Origin: Candidatus Latescibacterota bacterium | GTDB lineage: Bacteria > Latescibacterota > UBA2968 > GCA-2709665 | Reading direction: 5' to 3' | Length of the DNA stretch: 64,000 bases | Assembly (NCBI GenBank): GCA_965237675.1 | Contig: OZ250150.1 | Location: 5,472,001-5,536,000, forward strand | Shown: positions 1-8,699 of the stretch, piece after piece | How positions within the stretch are numbered: the first letter of the stretch is position 1 | Layout of the letters: each line of letters opens with the position of its first letter | Position numbers and translations under genes: made by a program | Notes under the pieces: generated by a model | What the model was told of the DNA's origin: nothing | Database searches by the model: none | Seen by the model: the letters and a program-made list of their open reading frames with translations, nothing else

Positions 1-118
1 AGGGAACCAGTGTGAAACGTGAGATATCCGTCTTGTATTTTTCCAGCAGATGGCGCGCCAAACTGACGGCCTGGTCTTCATACCCTCACATCGAGCAGTA
101 AATGAGTTCGATGTCCAT
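1..118 (-). CDS. Rdx/SelW-family selenoprotein, N-terminal part (runs off the window)
   Basis: Manual translation MDIELIYCSM(TGA)GYEDQAVSLARHLLEKYKTDISRFTLVP: CxxU motif, in-frame TGA at 88-86, AGGAG RBS upstream. Confidence 0.75.
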
Positions 119-181
119 TGTCGATCTCCTTATGGTTTCTGTCATTGCCTATAAATCGTAGACGCATGAATCACGATGCCT

Positions 182-218
182 GTTTCAATCTGTCGGTCCA
201 GATGGGGAATTTCGTGCC
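182..218 (-). repeat. strongly degenerate solitary CRISPR-like repeat (family B)
   Basis: + strand gtttcaatctgtcggtccagatggggaatttc resembles consensus gtttcaatccttgttctgatggaagattc; about 60 nt upstream of the selenoprotein gene. Confidence 0.4.
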
Positions 219-864
219 ATAATCGACATGGGAACGAATAGATTCTCCCCCACCCCTAACGTCCCCTATTCCCTTGCCCTTTTTCTTGCTTCGCCCAAGA
301 AAAAGGGCGAAAAAGAAGGGCGCCACTCAAACGCCGCGGGGCTGCTTTTCCGCGAATCACGTCTGTGGAAGAAACGCGAAGTCGTTGGCCTGCGTCCTCC
401 GCTGGTATTCCTGGACCACGTTGCTGAACGGATTGGCGCGGAAAAGCCCCCACCTCACTACCGTCCGCCTGATAGCTCCTCAAGAGATACGGTTAGGTAG
501 TGCGGCACGTTTAAGGCCGCGAACAAAAACCCCCAACACCACCCAACGTGCGTGAGGTAGGCCGGCGATGACTACCGCGTGGATGTGCGGTTCTGCCGCG
601 CGTCGAAGGGGGCGGTTCGCGAACCGTCCCTACAAAGAGCAGCCATACGTGATATTGATGTCACCCGGTCCAGCTGACGGCTCTGTCTGAGGGGCCGAGG
701 GGAGAGGTCCCGGGATCGAGGGCATCCTGCCCTCGCCGCGACCCTCCTGTTGCGACCACGTCCCTGCGCAGACGTCGATTGATGTCGGTTCTGGCTGATA
801 GCTCTGTCTGCTGACAGCTGATCGTTGGCGGCCGGGTGGGGCGTGGCCTTCTTACGTCTCCCGT

Positions 865-1500
865 CTACCGTCTCACCTCTTTCAGAAAGTTCCTGCCGAG
901 GCGATGCGCTGTTGCCAGATTGCTGGCTCTCACCTCCGGCGCAGTCTGCACATCTGCCGCGCCTGACAGAATGACCACCTCGCAATGGGCAACGCCGGTT
1001 CCCGGCTGCAGGCGGTCGTTCTTGTAGATGCGCTTCATACTCTCGGCCAGGCCCGACTGTTCCAGAGCCTCTCCCGTGTTTCCGGCGGTGCAGAGGACAA
1101 GAGCCCTCGCGATCGACAGTCTCGGAAACGGATAGGTCTCGTCCGGAATTCCGTAATCATAGGCGTACCCGCAAACCCAGACGCGATCAAACCACCCCTT
1201 CAAATTGGCCGGGCAGTCGCTCCACCAGACGGGAAACACGAATCCCAGACCGTCGGCACGACAGATTTTTTCATGTTCCTCCCTGACATCAGCCGGAAGC
1301 GGACTGTGCGCCCGGTTGCCATGCACGTTTGTTTCGCGCCCATATTCGGCGAGCGACATGTCGGATCTGAACTCCATAGCGTACAAATCCCCAACCTCGC
1401 AGGTATGTCCTCCCTCTTCCAGACCCCGACATAGCTCCGCCAGTACAGCTCCCGTAAATGACTTCCTGGTCGGGTGCGCAAAGACGATATATGCGTGCAT
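865..1500 (-). CDS. NAD(P)H dehydrogenase (quinone), flavodoxin-like fold
   Basis: MHAYIVFAHP..SF, DLY, FPVWW..PANLKGWFDRV motifs; GGAGG RBS. Confidence 0.9.
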   Translation of the reverse strand: MHAYIVFAHPTRKSFTGAVLAELCRGLEEGGHTCEVGDLYAMEFRSDMSLAEYGRETNVHGNRAHSPLPADVREEHEKICRADGLGFVFPVWWSDCPANLKGWFDRVWVCGYAYDYGIPDETYPFPRLSIARALVLCTAGNTGEALEQSGLAESMKRIYKNDRLQPGTGVAHCEVVILSGAADVQTAPEVRASNLATAHRLGRNFLKEVRR

Positions 1501-1764
1501 GGGCGCCTCCAGGTTTATCTTCGACCAGCAATGGGGGCGGCTGACAGGGGTATTCCGCCATCCGACCGTGAGAACCCGGTCCGTCTCCAACTGTGGACCA
1601 TCGAGGGCCCGACTGCGGGGCAGTTTTGCCTCAATCGTGACTCTATATCCTCTGGACTCTCCAGTGTCATGCGATCAGTGCGGAAGACCATCTGTATTGT
1701 GTACCTCAACGGTGTACTAATGATGCGTTTCGATGCCATAATGAGTCATGTTCATTCTGTTTCA

Positions 1765-2139
1765 TCACGCCCGCAAATTATGAACCCAAACGAAGAGGCA
1801 CAGCACAATTGCGCCAATGGATATTCCATCTCGACTACCCTGCGAACAACGGATCCAGGCGTTTTCAAACCACGATGGAAACAATGCCATCCATATAGCC
1901 GATCCGACAATCAAAAAAGAGAATGGGTGGTACCGCCACGCGTCTTCGATATGTCCATGCGTCAGGCTAAGGCACGCTCGCGTCATCCCACACCCGGGAC
2001 ACGGAACATCTGTCGCAATAAAAAACACGCAAGGAATCGAAACAACCTCTGCCAGGGACACACCAGACACTGCGACGAAGATGCCCGCCGCACCCAACCC
2101 AATTAGAAAAAGACGCGCGATAGCCGCGTGGTTAAGCAT
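1765..2139 (-). CDS. DUF2752-family membrane protein
   Basis: PCPGCGMTRA motif, YHPFS, hydrophobic segments. Confidence 0.8.
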   Translation of the reverse strand: MLNHAAIARLFLIGLGAAGIFVAVSGVSLAEVVSIPCVFFIATDVPCPGCGMTRACLSLTHGHIEDAWRYHPFSFLIVGSAIWMALFPSWFENAWIRCSQGSRDGISIGAIVLCLFVWVHNLRA

Positions 2140-2146
2140 TGGACGT

Positions 2147-2518
2147 TTATCCGTAAAGTCTGTTAATCTGATACTGTTGAACGGCAAGGGAAGCGATACC
2201 AAGACCGAAGATCGCCAGCAGAACACAGATAACCGGTAGATCCGAATTGGATTCCAGATCATTGCCAGCCTGAACTTCATTGATACCGACTGCCATCTTA
2301 TACTCATAATAAATGCCGAAGATGCCGCAGGTGATAATGGATAGAAATAACCAGAGCCAGAAGGAATACTCATTTCTCCCAAGCCAGGCATTGAGCGTCA
2401 CCATCTGCTTATATTGCCAATAAAGCCCATAGATACCGAAGGTTACAAGAGACAGCAGGATTCCCGCCACTAAACTCCGCCTGGCCTGAAACTCTGGATA
2501 GGGATATCCATTAGGCAT
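2147..2518 (-). CDS. DUF4234-family membrane protein
   Basis: Repeated LSLVTFGIYGLYW / LSIITCGIFGIYY motifs, QYQIN C-terminus. Confidence 0.75.
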   Translation of the reverse strand: MPNGYPYPEFQARRSLVAGILLSLVTFGIYGLYWQYKQMVTLNAWLGRNEYSFWLWLFLSIITCGIFGIYYEYKMAVGINEVQAGNDLESNSDLPVICVLLAIFGLGIASLAVQQYQINRLYG

Positions 2519-2655
2519 GTAGACCTCCGTTTTGTTTTGACGGTACGAACCTGACCTGCAAGGAAATATCGACTTTAAACCCCACTGTTTTCACTGCAAG
2601 ATGCCGTCACGACGAGGCGGGACCTGTCCCGGTCGCCACGGCCTACTGTCACTAA

Positions 2656-2758
2656 CAGCCCGTTGAAAAAGTCCATCCGGGCTGCGGCCGGCTCTTGTGG
2701 CCGAATCATTGCGCTGCGCTCCCTCCCCGAATCCCCCGATTCGACTCGGTCGCGCGCC
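2656..2758. mobile_element. truncated MITE (family of 7573-7732)
   Basis: Starts CAGCCCGTTGAAAAAGTC, homologous to the 160-bp copies, ends just before the repeat at 2764. Confidence 0.75.
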
Positions 2759-2763
2759 GTGAG

Positions 2764-2799
2764 GTTTCAATCCACGTCTGATGGTTGATTCCTAACGGT
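2764..2799 (-). repeat. solitary CRISPR-like repeat (family B)
   Basis: gtttcaatccacgtctgatggttgattcctaacggt vs gtttcaatccttgttctgatggaagattcccgacggt (21544). Confidence 0.7.
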
Positions 2800-2990
2800 C
2801 ACGTCGTTGACGAGACTGAGGACGCCCCCCCGACGGCGCGGCGCGCCGACCGCGGTTCATGCCGACCCCGCCGAGCAGCTGATCGACGAGTCCGCGCAAG
2901 CGCCACATCCAGTCGCCGTAGTACCAGCCATTGGCGACGCCAATTCGCCCTATGGGGGCAAACGCGGTGTCGGGGGCGCCCACGAGGATT
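2800..2990 (-). pseudogene. fragment of a DUF2867/SDR-associated protein
   Basis: AFAPIGRIGVANGWYYGDWMWRLRGLVDQLLGGVGMNRGRR is an internal segment only. Confidence 0.6.
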
Positions 2991-3312
2991 GCGCCTACTA
3001 ACCCAACGGCGGCGCGGGCAGGGCTTAGACCTCAAGATGTAAACGTTGGCTTCTGAAAACCGCTATTTGGTGAGTCGACACGAACTCCCGTACCGATATG
3101 AATATACGAAAGGGGGGCGCGAGATTCAAACCGTCACGCCCCTTCATTCGGAAGTCAGGGAGAAGCGATCAGGACATCATCAGGGTCGTTATGTACATGG
3201 GCTTACCACACCGCCGGCTTTGCCCCAATCCGTCTCGATTAACAATCCAAAAACCCAAGGCATGCCGCACGGAAAACTTCACTGATTCTTGGGGATATTT
3301 ATCTCATTTAGT

Positions 3313-3341
3313 TTGACATATTCCGCCGAATGTCATATAAT
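3313..3341 (+). promoter_or_regulatory. consensus sigma70 promoter
   Basis: TTGACA-17 nt-TATAAT. Confidence 0.8.
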
Positions 3342-3621
3342 CGCGGAAATTGCGCATGCCGCACCCTGGCAACTGACGCAGCAAACGATCAGGCCTGTCG
3401 AAATAGGGGTTGTCCGGGAACTCGCTGAAAATGTCCGGGTTGATCTTGCGCTAATGGAACAGACGGATCTCAAGCGTAGTTTTGAATCCGAATACATCCG
3501 GAAGTACGGCGGACACCTCGTTACGGACCGCAAGCGTATGTTGGATAGCCCTTTCCGGCGTCCCGGTCCATTGTGGACTGTGGCTGGCTGTGATGTGAAC
3601 TAAACATATTGGAGGGATATA

Positions 3622-4287
3622 ATGCGTTTTTTTGTGGGTTTCTTGTCTATACTTGTTGCCTTTATTCAAACCGTACCGGCACAGACGGCAGATGTTGCAA
3701 GTCATGTTGCGGCGCTTAAAGGCAAGACGTTCTGGATCAAAATCGCTTTTGTAGAGGTAAATGACGGGATTCGAGGCATTGATGCTGCGAACGTCCTGGA
3801 GAATGGAGAGGTCTCATACCGCGCTACAATAGGCGGTTTTCGTCAGTCTCAATCTCAGTCGGCTGAGGATTTCGCCGAAGAGGTCCGGAATATCATTACG
3901 AGAGATGCGCTCTCGGGGTGGAGCGTGCGGGTTATTCAAAGGGGCGCGAAAGTCGTAATCCGAAAAGCCGAGGCAAGGGAAAAAGACGTATATATTGAAC
4001 TCGACAAACTGTCAGGTGCTCGCCATGCCGTTCGCCTTAAAGTCAATAGAGATAAGTACACAATCCCCGAAGTTGAACGCCTTTTCAATGTCGCCTTTGC
4101 AGCAAGCGAAGCGGAATTAGCAGGTCCCGAGGAAACCGTTTTGCTTAAATTGAACATGTCCATTGAAGAAGTGATCGCCCGGAAAGGCAAACCCAGGACG
4201 CGCGTTGAACTCGGCGACAAGACCATTCTCGCTTATGAAGACTTGAAGTTGATATTCAAGGACGGGAGGTTGGCGGATGCCGAGTAA
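3622..4287 (+). CDS. exported hypothetical protein
   Basis: 221-aa ORF, signal-peptide-like N-terminus, GGAGG RBS. Confidence 0.75.
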   Translation: MRFFVGFLSILVAFIQTVPAQTADVASHVAALKGKTFWIKIAFVEVNDGIRGIDAANVLENGEVSYRATIGGFRQSQSQSAEDFAEEVRNIITRDALSGWSVRVIQRGAKVVIRKAEAREKDVYIELDKLSGARHAVRLKVNRDKYTIPEVERLFNVAFAASEAELAGPEETVLLKLNMSIEEVIARKGKPRTRVELGDKTILAYEDLKLIFKDGRLADAE

Positions 4288-4596
4288 TTGAACACCTGTG
4301 ATCCCTGCACATTTTCCAGTACATACGTCATTACTCCACCCTCTTCGCGGAACCATTGCATCAAAACGCCCACATCGGTTCCCACACAAAGGAATTCCAC
4401 TCCCATATCCAAATATCGCTTCGCGCCTTTGGCTTCCCCGAATTCCGCTCGAGTCGGTATTTCAATCGCATATTTTCCCGCTACTCGGACGTTATCCCTG
4501 CCATAGCCGGCCTTGATAGGCCGGTAATTAAAGAATAATCCGACGGGTCGATTTGTATCAATCGGTTCCCCCCTTCATCCGCCAGTCCATCTTTTT

Positions 4597-4624
4597 GTAA
4601 GGGCGACCGGCCGGTCGCCCCTAC
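4597..4624. repeat. GTAG-family REP palindrome (relatives near 607, 5366, 5435, 36190, 38286, 39127, 39225, 42424, 43949)
   Basis: GTA(A/G)GGGCGACCGGCCGGTCGCCCCTAC and GTAGGGGCAACCCTTGTGGTTGCCC variants. Confidence 0.75.
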
Positions 4625-4639
4625 AGATCCCGTGCGTAG

Positions 4640-5230
4640 GTAGGAAGTCAGCGTTTCATCGGAAGATCCGCGCCACGATTTCGCTGCCGGGTGCGCGCTG
4701 TATCTCCTCCGGTGTCCCGCACTGTACGATACGGCCGCCTTGCAGCACCGCGATCCGGTCTGCGACCGCCAGGGCATCTGAGACGTCTCGCGTGGCATAA
4801 ATCACCGTGCGGTGCCGTCGGGGGAATGAATGGTCAGGGAGGGGTTGTCCGCGTGCTCGGATAAATCGCCGGGAGGTTCGCGGTGGGATCCGTCCAGCGC
4901 CATGTTCGGAAACGCATAGCGCCGGATCCACACCCCCCGCCATCTTTCCGACCGCCACTCGGGCGGGAAAGCGTCGACACCCCCGGAGAAACGCCAACCG
5001 CGGATTATGCCGGGACTGGTCTCGTCTTCGTACCCATCCGAACCGATATGCACGCCGCCCTGCCGGTCCGAGCGTTTGCCGACGTATCGCAGCAGCGTCG
5101 TCTTGCCGGCGCCAGCCTCCCCGACGATCGCGACAATCTCCCCCGACCGTACAAAAAGCGTCAGCCCGTCGAGGACGGGCGTCTTTGTGCCTTTGTATCG
5201 AAAGGTGATATTGTCGAGGAAAACGAACAT
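4640..5230 (-). pseudogene. degraded ABC transporter ATP-binding protein
   Basis: Walker A GEAGAGKTTLLR and ALAVADRIAVLQGGRIVQCGTPEEI lie in different frames; middle missing. Confidence 0.75.
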
Positions 5231-5266
5231 TTCGGATAATCCATCAGGGTGGATATAACTTTCAGT

Positions 5267-5285
5267 TGTGGCAATTACTGCGAAA
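5267..5285. promoter_or_regulatory. putative WYL operator (degenerate)
   Basis: TGTGGCAATTACTGCGAAA, variant of TGTCGCA-N5-TGCGACA. Confidence 0.5.
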
Positions 5286-5693
5286 AAGAATGCAGCGATC
5301 AGTCGACAGCGGTCAGCCAAAAAACGCAAAGGCGATCTATTCACGTCAGCGCATCTAGAGAATCTGTAGGGGCAACCCTTGTGGTTGGCCAGGTCGCGGG
5401 TGACTGCATGCAGCGGGCAGCGACATCGGGTCTTGTAGGGGCGACCGGCCGGTCGCCCTCGTTACGATCGAGCAGCGGTAAACAGTCAGCGTAACGCAAT
5501 CAGTCAAACAATCGAGGTCCGCGGGCCGCAACGCGAATCACTTCGATTTCTTCCAGGCGGAACAAGCGTTCACAGCAGGCCAAAATATGTAACACCATGA
5601 CGTTGAGGGAACGCATGGCGAGAGAATCAGTTGACAACGCGCATCAAATCTCGTAGTAATATTGCAGGTAATCAACCGAAACGGAGGCTTCCG

Positions 5694-5948
5694 GTGAAAA
5701 CCGCTCTCGTTCAAATCGGGAATTCGCGCGGCATCCGTATCCCCACGGAGTTCCTGGAACAGTGCCAACTTCGAGACGTCGTGGAACTCGAACTTCGCGG
5801 GGGTCACTTAATCATCCGTCCGACTACCCAAACCCGAAGCGGTTGGGAAGACGCCTTTCGCAACATGCGCATACACCAGGACGATACGCTTCCTGATGAA
5901 ACATATCGGTCTGCTACAGAATGGGACACTACGCAGTGGGAATGGTAG
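5694..5948 (+). CDS. mazE: AbrB/MazE-family antitoxin
   Basis: VQIGNSRGIRIP motif; overlaps toxin start. Confidence 0.9.
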   Translation: MKTALVQIGNSRGIRIPTEFLEQCQLRDVVELELRGGHLIIRPTTQTRSGWEDAFRNMRIHQDDTLPDETYRSATEWDTTQWEW

Positions 5949-6265
5949 TTGCGCGTTTCGACGTCTGCCAGGTGGGGCTCGATCTTGCACAAGGGCGGGA
6001 GATTCAGAAAACGCGCCCTTGTGTTGTAATATCTCCCGATGAGATGAACAGGCATATCGGAACCGTCATCGTTGCCCCGCTGACTACAAAAGGTCGCGCC
6101 TATCCCACCCGTATCCCTCTCCGTTTTCAGAGAAAAAGCGGACAGATCGTGCTCGATCAGGTACGCACGGTTGACAAAACCCGCCTGGTACGTCGTCTGG
6201 AAAAATCAGCGACAAGGCTGCCCTCGAAGTCCTGGCCGTGCTGAGGGAGATGTTCGCGCGAGTAG
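5942..6265 (+). pseudogene. mazF: PemK/MazF toxin, frameshifted near the C-terminus
   Basis: GREIQKTRPCVVISPDEMN..LDQVRTVDK; tail KISDKAALEVLAVLREMFA is in another frame after about 6200. Confidence 0.85.
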
Positions 6266-6406
6266 GTTTTGCGCGTTCGAGGACCTTAACCAGCATATTT
6301 GCGACGCGGCGCGGCACGGGTATCCCCAGGGCGTTCCTGGAACCGTGCCAACTTCTTACAGTAAGCGGAAGTTGAACAGTCACTCAAACCGGAAGGGAGA
6401 ACCTGA

Positions 6407-6628
6407 ATGAACGCAGCAAGCGAATTGTCCGAACGGCAGGCCCGGCTTGAAGGCATCATTGAGCAAATGGACCGCCGCTTTGAGTCCATTGATCGCCGCC
6501 TGGATTCCATCGACCGCCGCCTTACGGGCATCGAGTCCAGCATGCGTCAGGGCTTTTTCTGGATCGTCGGCATTCAGATTACCACCCTCTTGACGCTTGG
6601 CGCGTTGATTCTCATCAAGCTCGGATAG
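6407..6628 (+). CDS. small coiled-coil, membrane-anchored protein
   Basis: Heptad SIDRR repeats plus C-terminal TM helix; GGAG RBS. Confidence 0.7.
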   Translation: MNAASELSERQARLEGIIEQMDRRFESIDRRLDSIDRRLTGIESSMRQGFFWIVGIQITTLLTLGALILIKLG

Positions 6629-6714
6629 CCACCCGCCTCCCGAAAGAACACCCAAGTGAACGCCATCGCCCACACAAACGCCGACATCACCAACCTGTCT
6701 AGCAGACAGCCAGA

Positions 6715-6734
6715 CCACCGAAGTGAGGGGAGAT
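6715..6734 (-). CRISPR. orphan half copy of the type I-C array repeat
   Basis: CCACCGAAGTGAGGGGAGAT, 20/20 identical to positions 18-37 of the array repeat. Confidence 0.85.
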
Positions 6735-6771
6735 GGGGACGGCTTTGCCGCGGTCCTTCACGACGCGGTAT

Positions 6772-6808
6772 GAGTCGGTCCTTGTTCTGATGGAAGATTC
6801 TCGACGTG
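6772..6808 (-). repeat. solitary CRISPR-like repeat (family B)
   Basis: gagtcggtccttgttctgatggaagattctcgacgtg. Confidence 0.85.
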
Positions 6809-6836
6809 TCCGCCTTCGATTGTTCATTTAAGCCTC

Positions 6837-7160
6837 TCATGGGATGCCTGCCGCTGCTCCAAACGCCTCTTGTGCTTCCCGTATCTTGACGTCCAACAAC
6901 GCCTCTTGTATCTCCTCTTGTATGTCCTGCTCCGCTTGCGTAAAGACATCGGCGGACCGCCGCCGGTAAACTTCCGTTCGGAATTCTTGGTTGTCCTCCC
7001 TGATCTTGTCTTGAAAAGCTTCCCGTACCGCCACTTCCATATCCGTCGCTATCGACGGGTTTTCTAGCACGGCATTCTTTACCGCCTGCTTCAGTATTTC
7101 TCGCGGTTCCCCTTTTTGTGCCCCAGCGTCCCACAACACCCGTACCGCCTGCTTCAGCAT
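6837..7160 (-). CDS. small helical hypothetical protein (cassette cargo)
   Basis: 107-aa ORF between two family-B repeats. Confidence 0.55.
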   Translation of the reverse strand: MLKQAVRVLWDAGAQKGEPREILKQAVKNAVLENPSIATDMEVAVREAFQDKIREDNQEFRTEVYRRRSADVFTQAEQDIQEEIQEALLDVKIREAQEAFGAAAGIP

Positions 7161-7198
7161 TTCTCACCTTGGATTGCTCATTTAAGCCCTCCCAGATG

Positions 7199-7235
7199 GT
7201 TTAAATCCTTGTTCTGATAGAAGATCTTCACCGGG
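7199..7235 (-). repeat. solitary CRISPR-like repeat (family B)
   Basis: gtttaaatccttgttctgatagaagatcttcaccggg. Confidence 0.85.
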
Positions 7236-7236
7236 A

Positions 7237-7424
7237 TTAGCGGCGGCACCTGGCGGTGCGTTTTTCAGCCGCTCGTTCGGCGTCGGCTTTGGCCCACAGG
7301 GCCAACTGGGACAAGGTAGGAACCGGCAGGCCGCCTTGTAGTCGGCAGGAGCAAACGGCGTCCCGTCGGGATGCCAGCCGCGGCCGAATATCTTCGTGTA
7401 CTTTTCTTTAGGTAGGGTAGGCAT
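7237..7424 (-). pseudogene. small WHxDGTPF-motif protein, probably frameshifted (paralog of 15018-15227)
   Basis: WHPDGTPFAPADYKAA; homologous tail LPVPTLSQLALWAKADAERAAE is in another frame ending TAA at 7239-7237. Confidence 0.6.
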
Positions 7425-7427
7425 AGA

Positions 7428-7464
7428 GATTCAATCCTTGTACTGATGGAAAATTCTCGCCGGG
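7428..7464 (-). repeat. solitary CRISPR-like repeat (family B)
   Basis: gattcaatccttgtactgatggaaaattctcgccggg. Confidence 0.85.
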
Positions 7465-7470
7465 TCTATC

Positions 7471-7560
7471 TCAATCGAACCAATCCCGGGGCGTAAAGTA
7501 TTTGATTCCAATAACCACCACAAGAATGACAGCAAGCAAGAGTATAAATCCCAAAATCAT
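7471..7560 (-). CDS. 29-aa single-TM microprotein (cassette cargo)
   Basis: MILGFILLLAVILVVVIGIKYFTPRDWFD; stop 6 nt before a repeat. Confidence 0.45.
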   Translation of the reverse strand: MILGFILLLAVILVVVIGIKYFTPRDWFD

Positions 7561-7572
7561 AGCGGCCCGTAT

Positions 7573-7732
7573 CAGCCCGTTGATAAAGTCCATCCGGGCT
7601 GCGTCCGGTCCTTGTGGCCGAAATACTGCGTTGCACTCCCTCTCCGAATCCCCGGATTCGACGCGGTCGCGCGCCTTGTCTTCGGCCACAATGACTCGGC
7701 CTCGCCTGCAGAGCGACTTTTTCAACGGACTG
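7573..7732. mobile_element. 160-bp MITE
   Basis: Terminal inverted repeats CAGCCCGTTGATAAAGTC / GACTTTTTCAACGGACTG; four copies in the window. Confidence 0.85.
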
Positions 7733-7749
7733 CTATATACTTGTTTTCC

Positions 7750-7785
7750 GTTTCAGTCCTTGTTCTGGGGAAGATTCCGAGCGGG
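7750..7785 (-). repeat. solitary CRISPR-like repeat (family B)
   Basis: gtttcagtccttgttctggggaagattccgagcggg. Confidence 0.8.
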
Positions 7786-7810
7786 ACTGTGGGTTGGGCC
7801 ACGGCCGCTT

Positions 7811-8362
7811 TTATTCATCTCCGCGGATCCTGGCCAGCGCCTCGCTCGCAGCATCTGCCATGAAATCCAGAGAGTCCTTAAGATTCTCGCGTATCCATTC
7901 GAGATACCTGACCGCCCGTTGCTCTCGAAACTCACCGAGTTGCCGGATGATCGTCTCCCCCAGACCGGTGCCCAAAGGGTATCGGTCTCTGGCCATGTGC
8001 TCGAAAACGCTCTCGAGCAGATTCAGCAGGTGTTGGCGAATTTCCTCCGAATCCGGTGAGGGTCTCCAGACGTAACGCGGGTTTTCCCAGGACACCCACT
8101 CGTCGGGTCGACCGGCTTGCACGCGCCGTTCCTGTTCCCAGCCGCCATGGCGCATCACCGGCCCGATCGGGATGCGATCGCGATCGGGCCGGCGATGTGG
8201 ATGGTTCGCACAATAGGTGTAGAAGGGATTCTCTATCGCGATGTCCCTGATCTCGCAATAGGGCGGTATGCTCTTGTCAGCGTGCCGCGACCAGTCGCGC
8301 TCGCCCTGGTTCGTTCGATTGAACCAACAGGTTCCGCAACAGTCGGATCCTCCGTTGGGCAT
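7811..8362 (-). CDS. hypothetical protein with Cys-rich N-terminus
   Basis: 183-aa ORF, CCGTCWFN..YCEIR..YCANH, GGAGG RBS. Confidence 0.75.
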   Translation of the reverse strand: MPNGGSDCCGTCWFNRTNQGERDWSRHADKSIPPYCEIRDIAIENPFYTYCANHPHRRPDRDRIPIGPVMRHGGWEQERRVQAGRPDEWVSWENPRYVWRPSPDSEEIRQHLLNLLESVFEHMARDRYPLGTGLGETIIRQLGEFREQRAVRYLEWIRENLKDSLDFMADAASEALARIRGDE

Positions 8363-8424
8363 CGCTCAGCCCTCCTCCCGGTTGAAACTCCGCAACATCT
8401 CCCACAACCCGTCATGTAGTAGCG

Positions 8425-8506
8425 CTCGCACCGTCACATCGTTCGGTCCAATTGGAATCCTCCGCCAGGCATAACATAAAGTCCATTTGTCGCAAGTATT
8501 GCGACA
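8425..8506 (-). promoter_or_regulatory. WYL-gene promoter remnant with operator TGTCGCAAGTATTGCGACA (8488-8506)
   Basis: Homologous to 37320-37396: operator, GGAGGATTCCAA RBS, decayed first codons. Confidence 0.7.
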
Positions 8507-8699
8507 ACATTAAAAAAGCTATCGGCTGTTAGCGTGCAGCCGTCAGCCAGAAACAGTGAGAAAAGGAACCGGTGTGAAGGTGGGGCGGACATTCCTGTCT
8601 GCCCTTATCATTGTCCTTCTGTCGCGATACAGACAGAAGCAAGGCTTGCGCCGTCCTCTTTCCAGTGGGGGAGACGGCGGCGAGTCGCGGCGTGCCCAG

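Noticed and set aside
228-555. Short ORFs at the window start
   Set aside because: Palindrome-rich sequence resembling an intergenic repeat; no protein signal.
7471-7725. 84-aa ORF, and similar 61-89-aa ORFs near 37.5 kb and 41.6 kb
   Set aside because: Mostly MITE sequence; only the final 29 codons at 7471-7560 are plausible.
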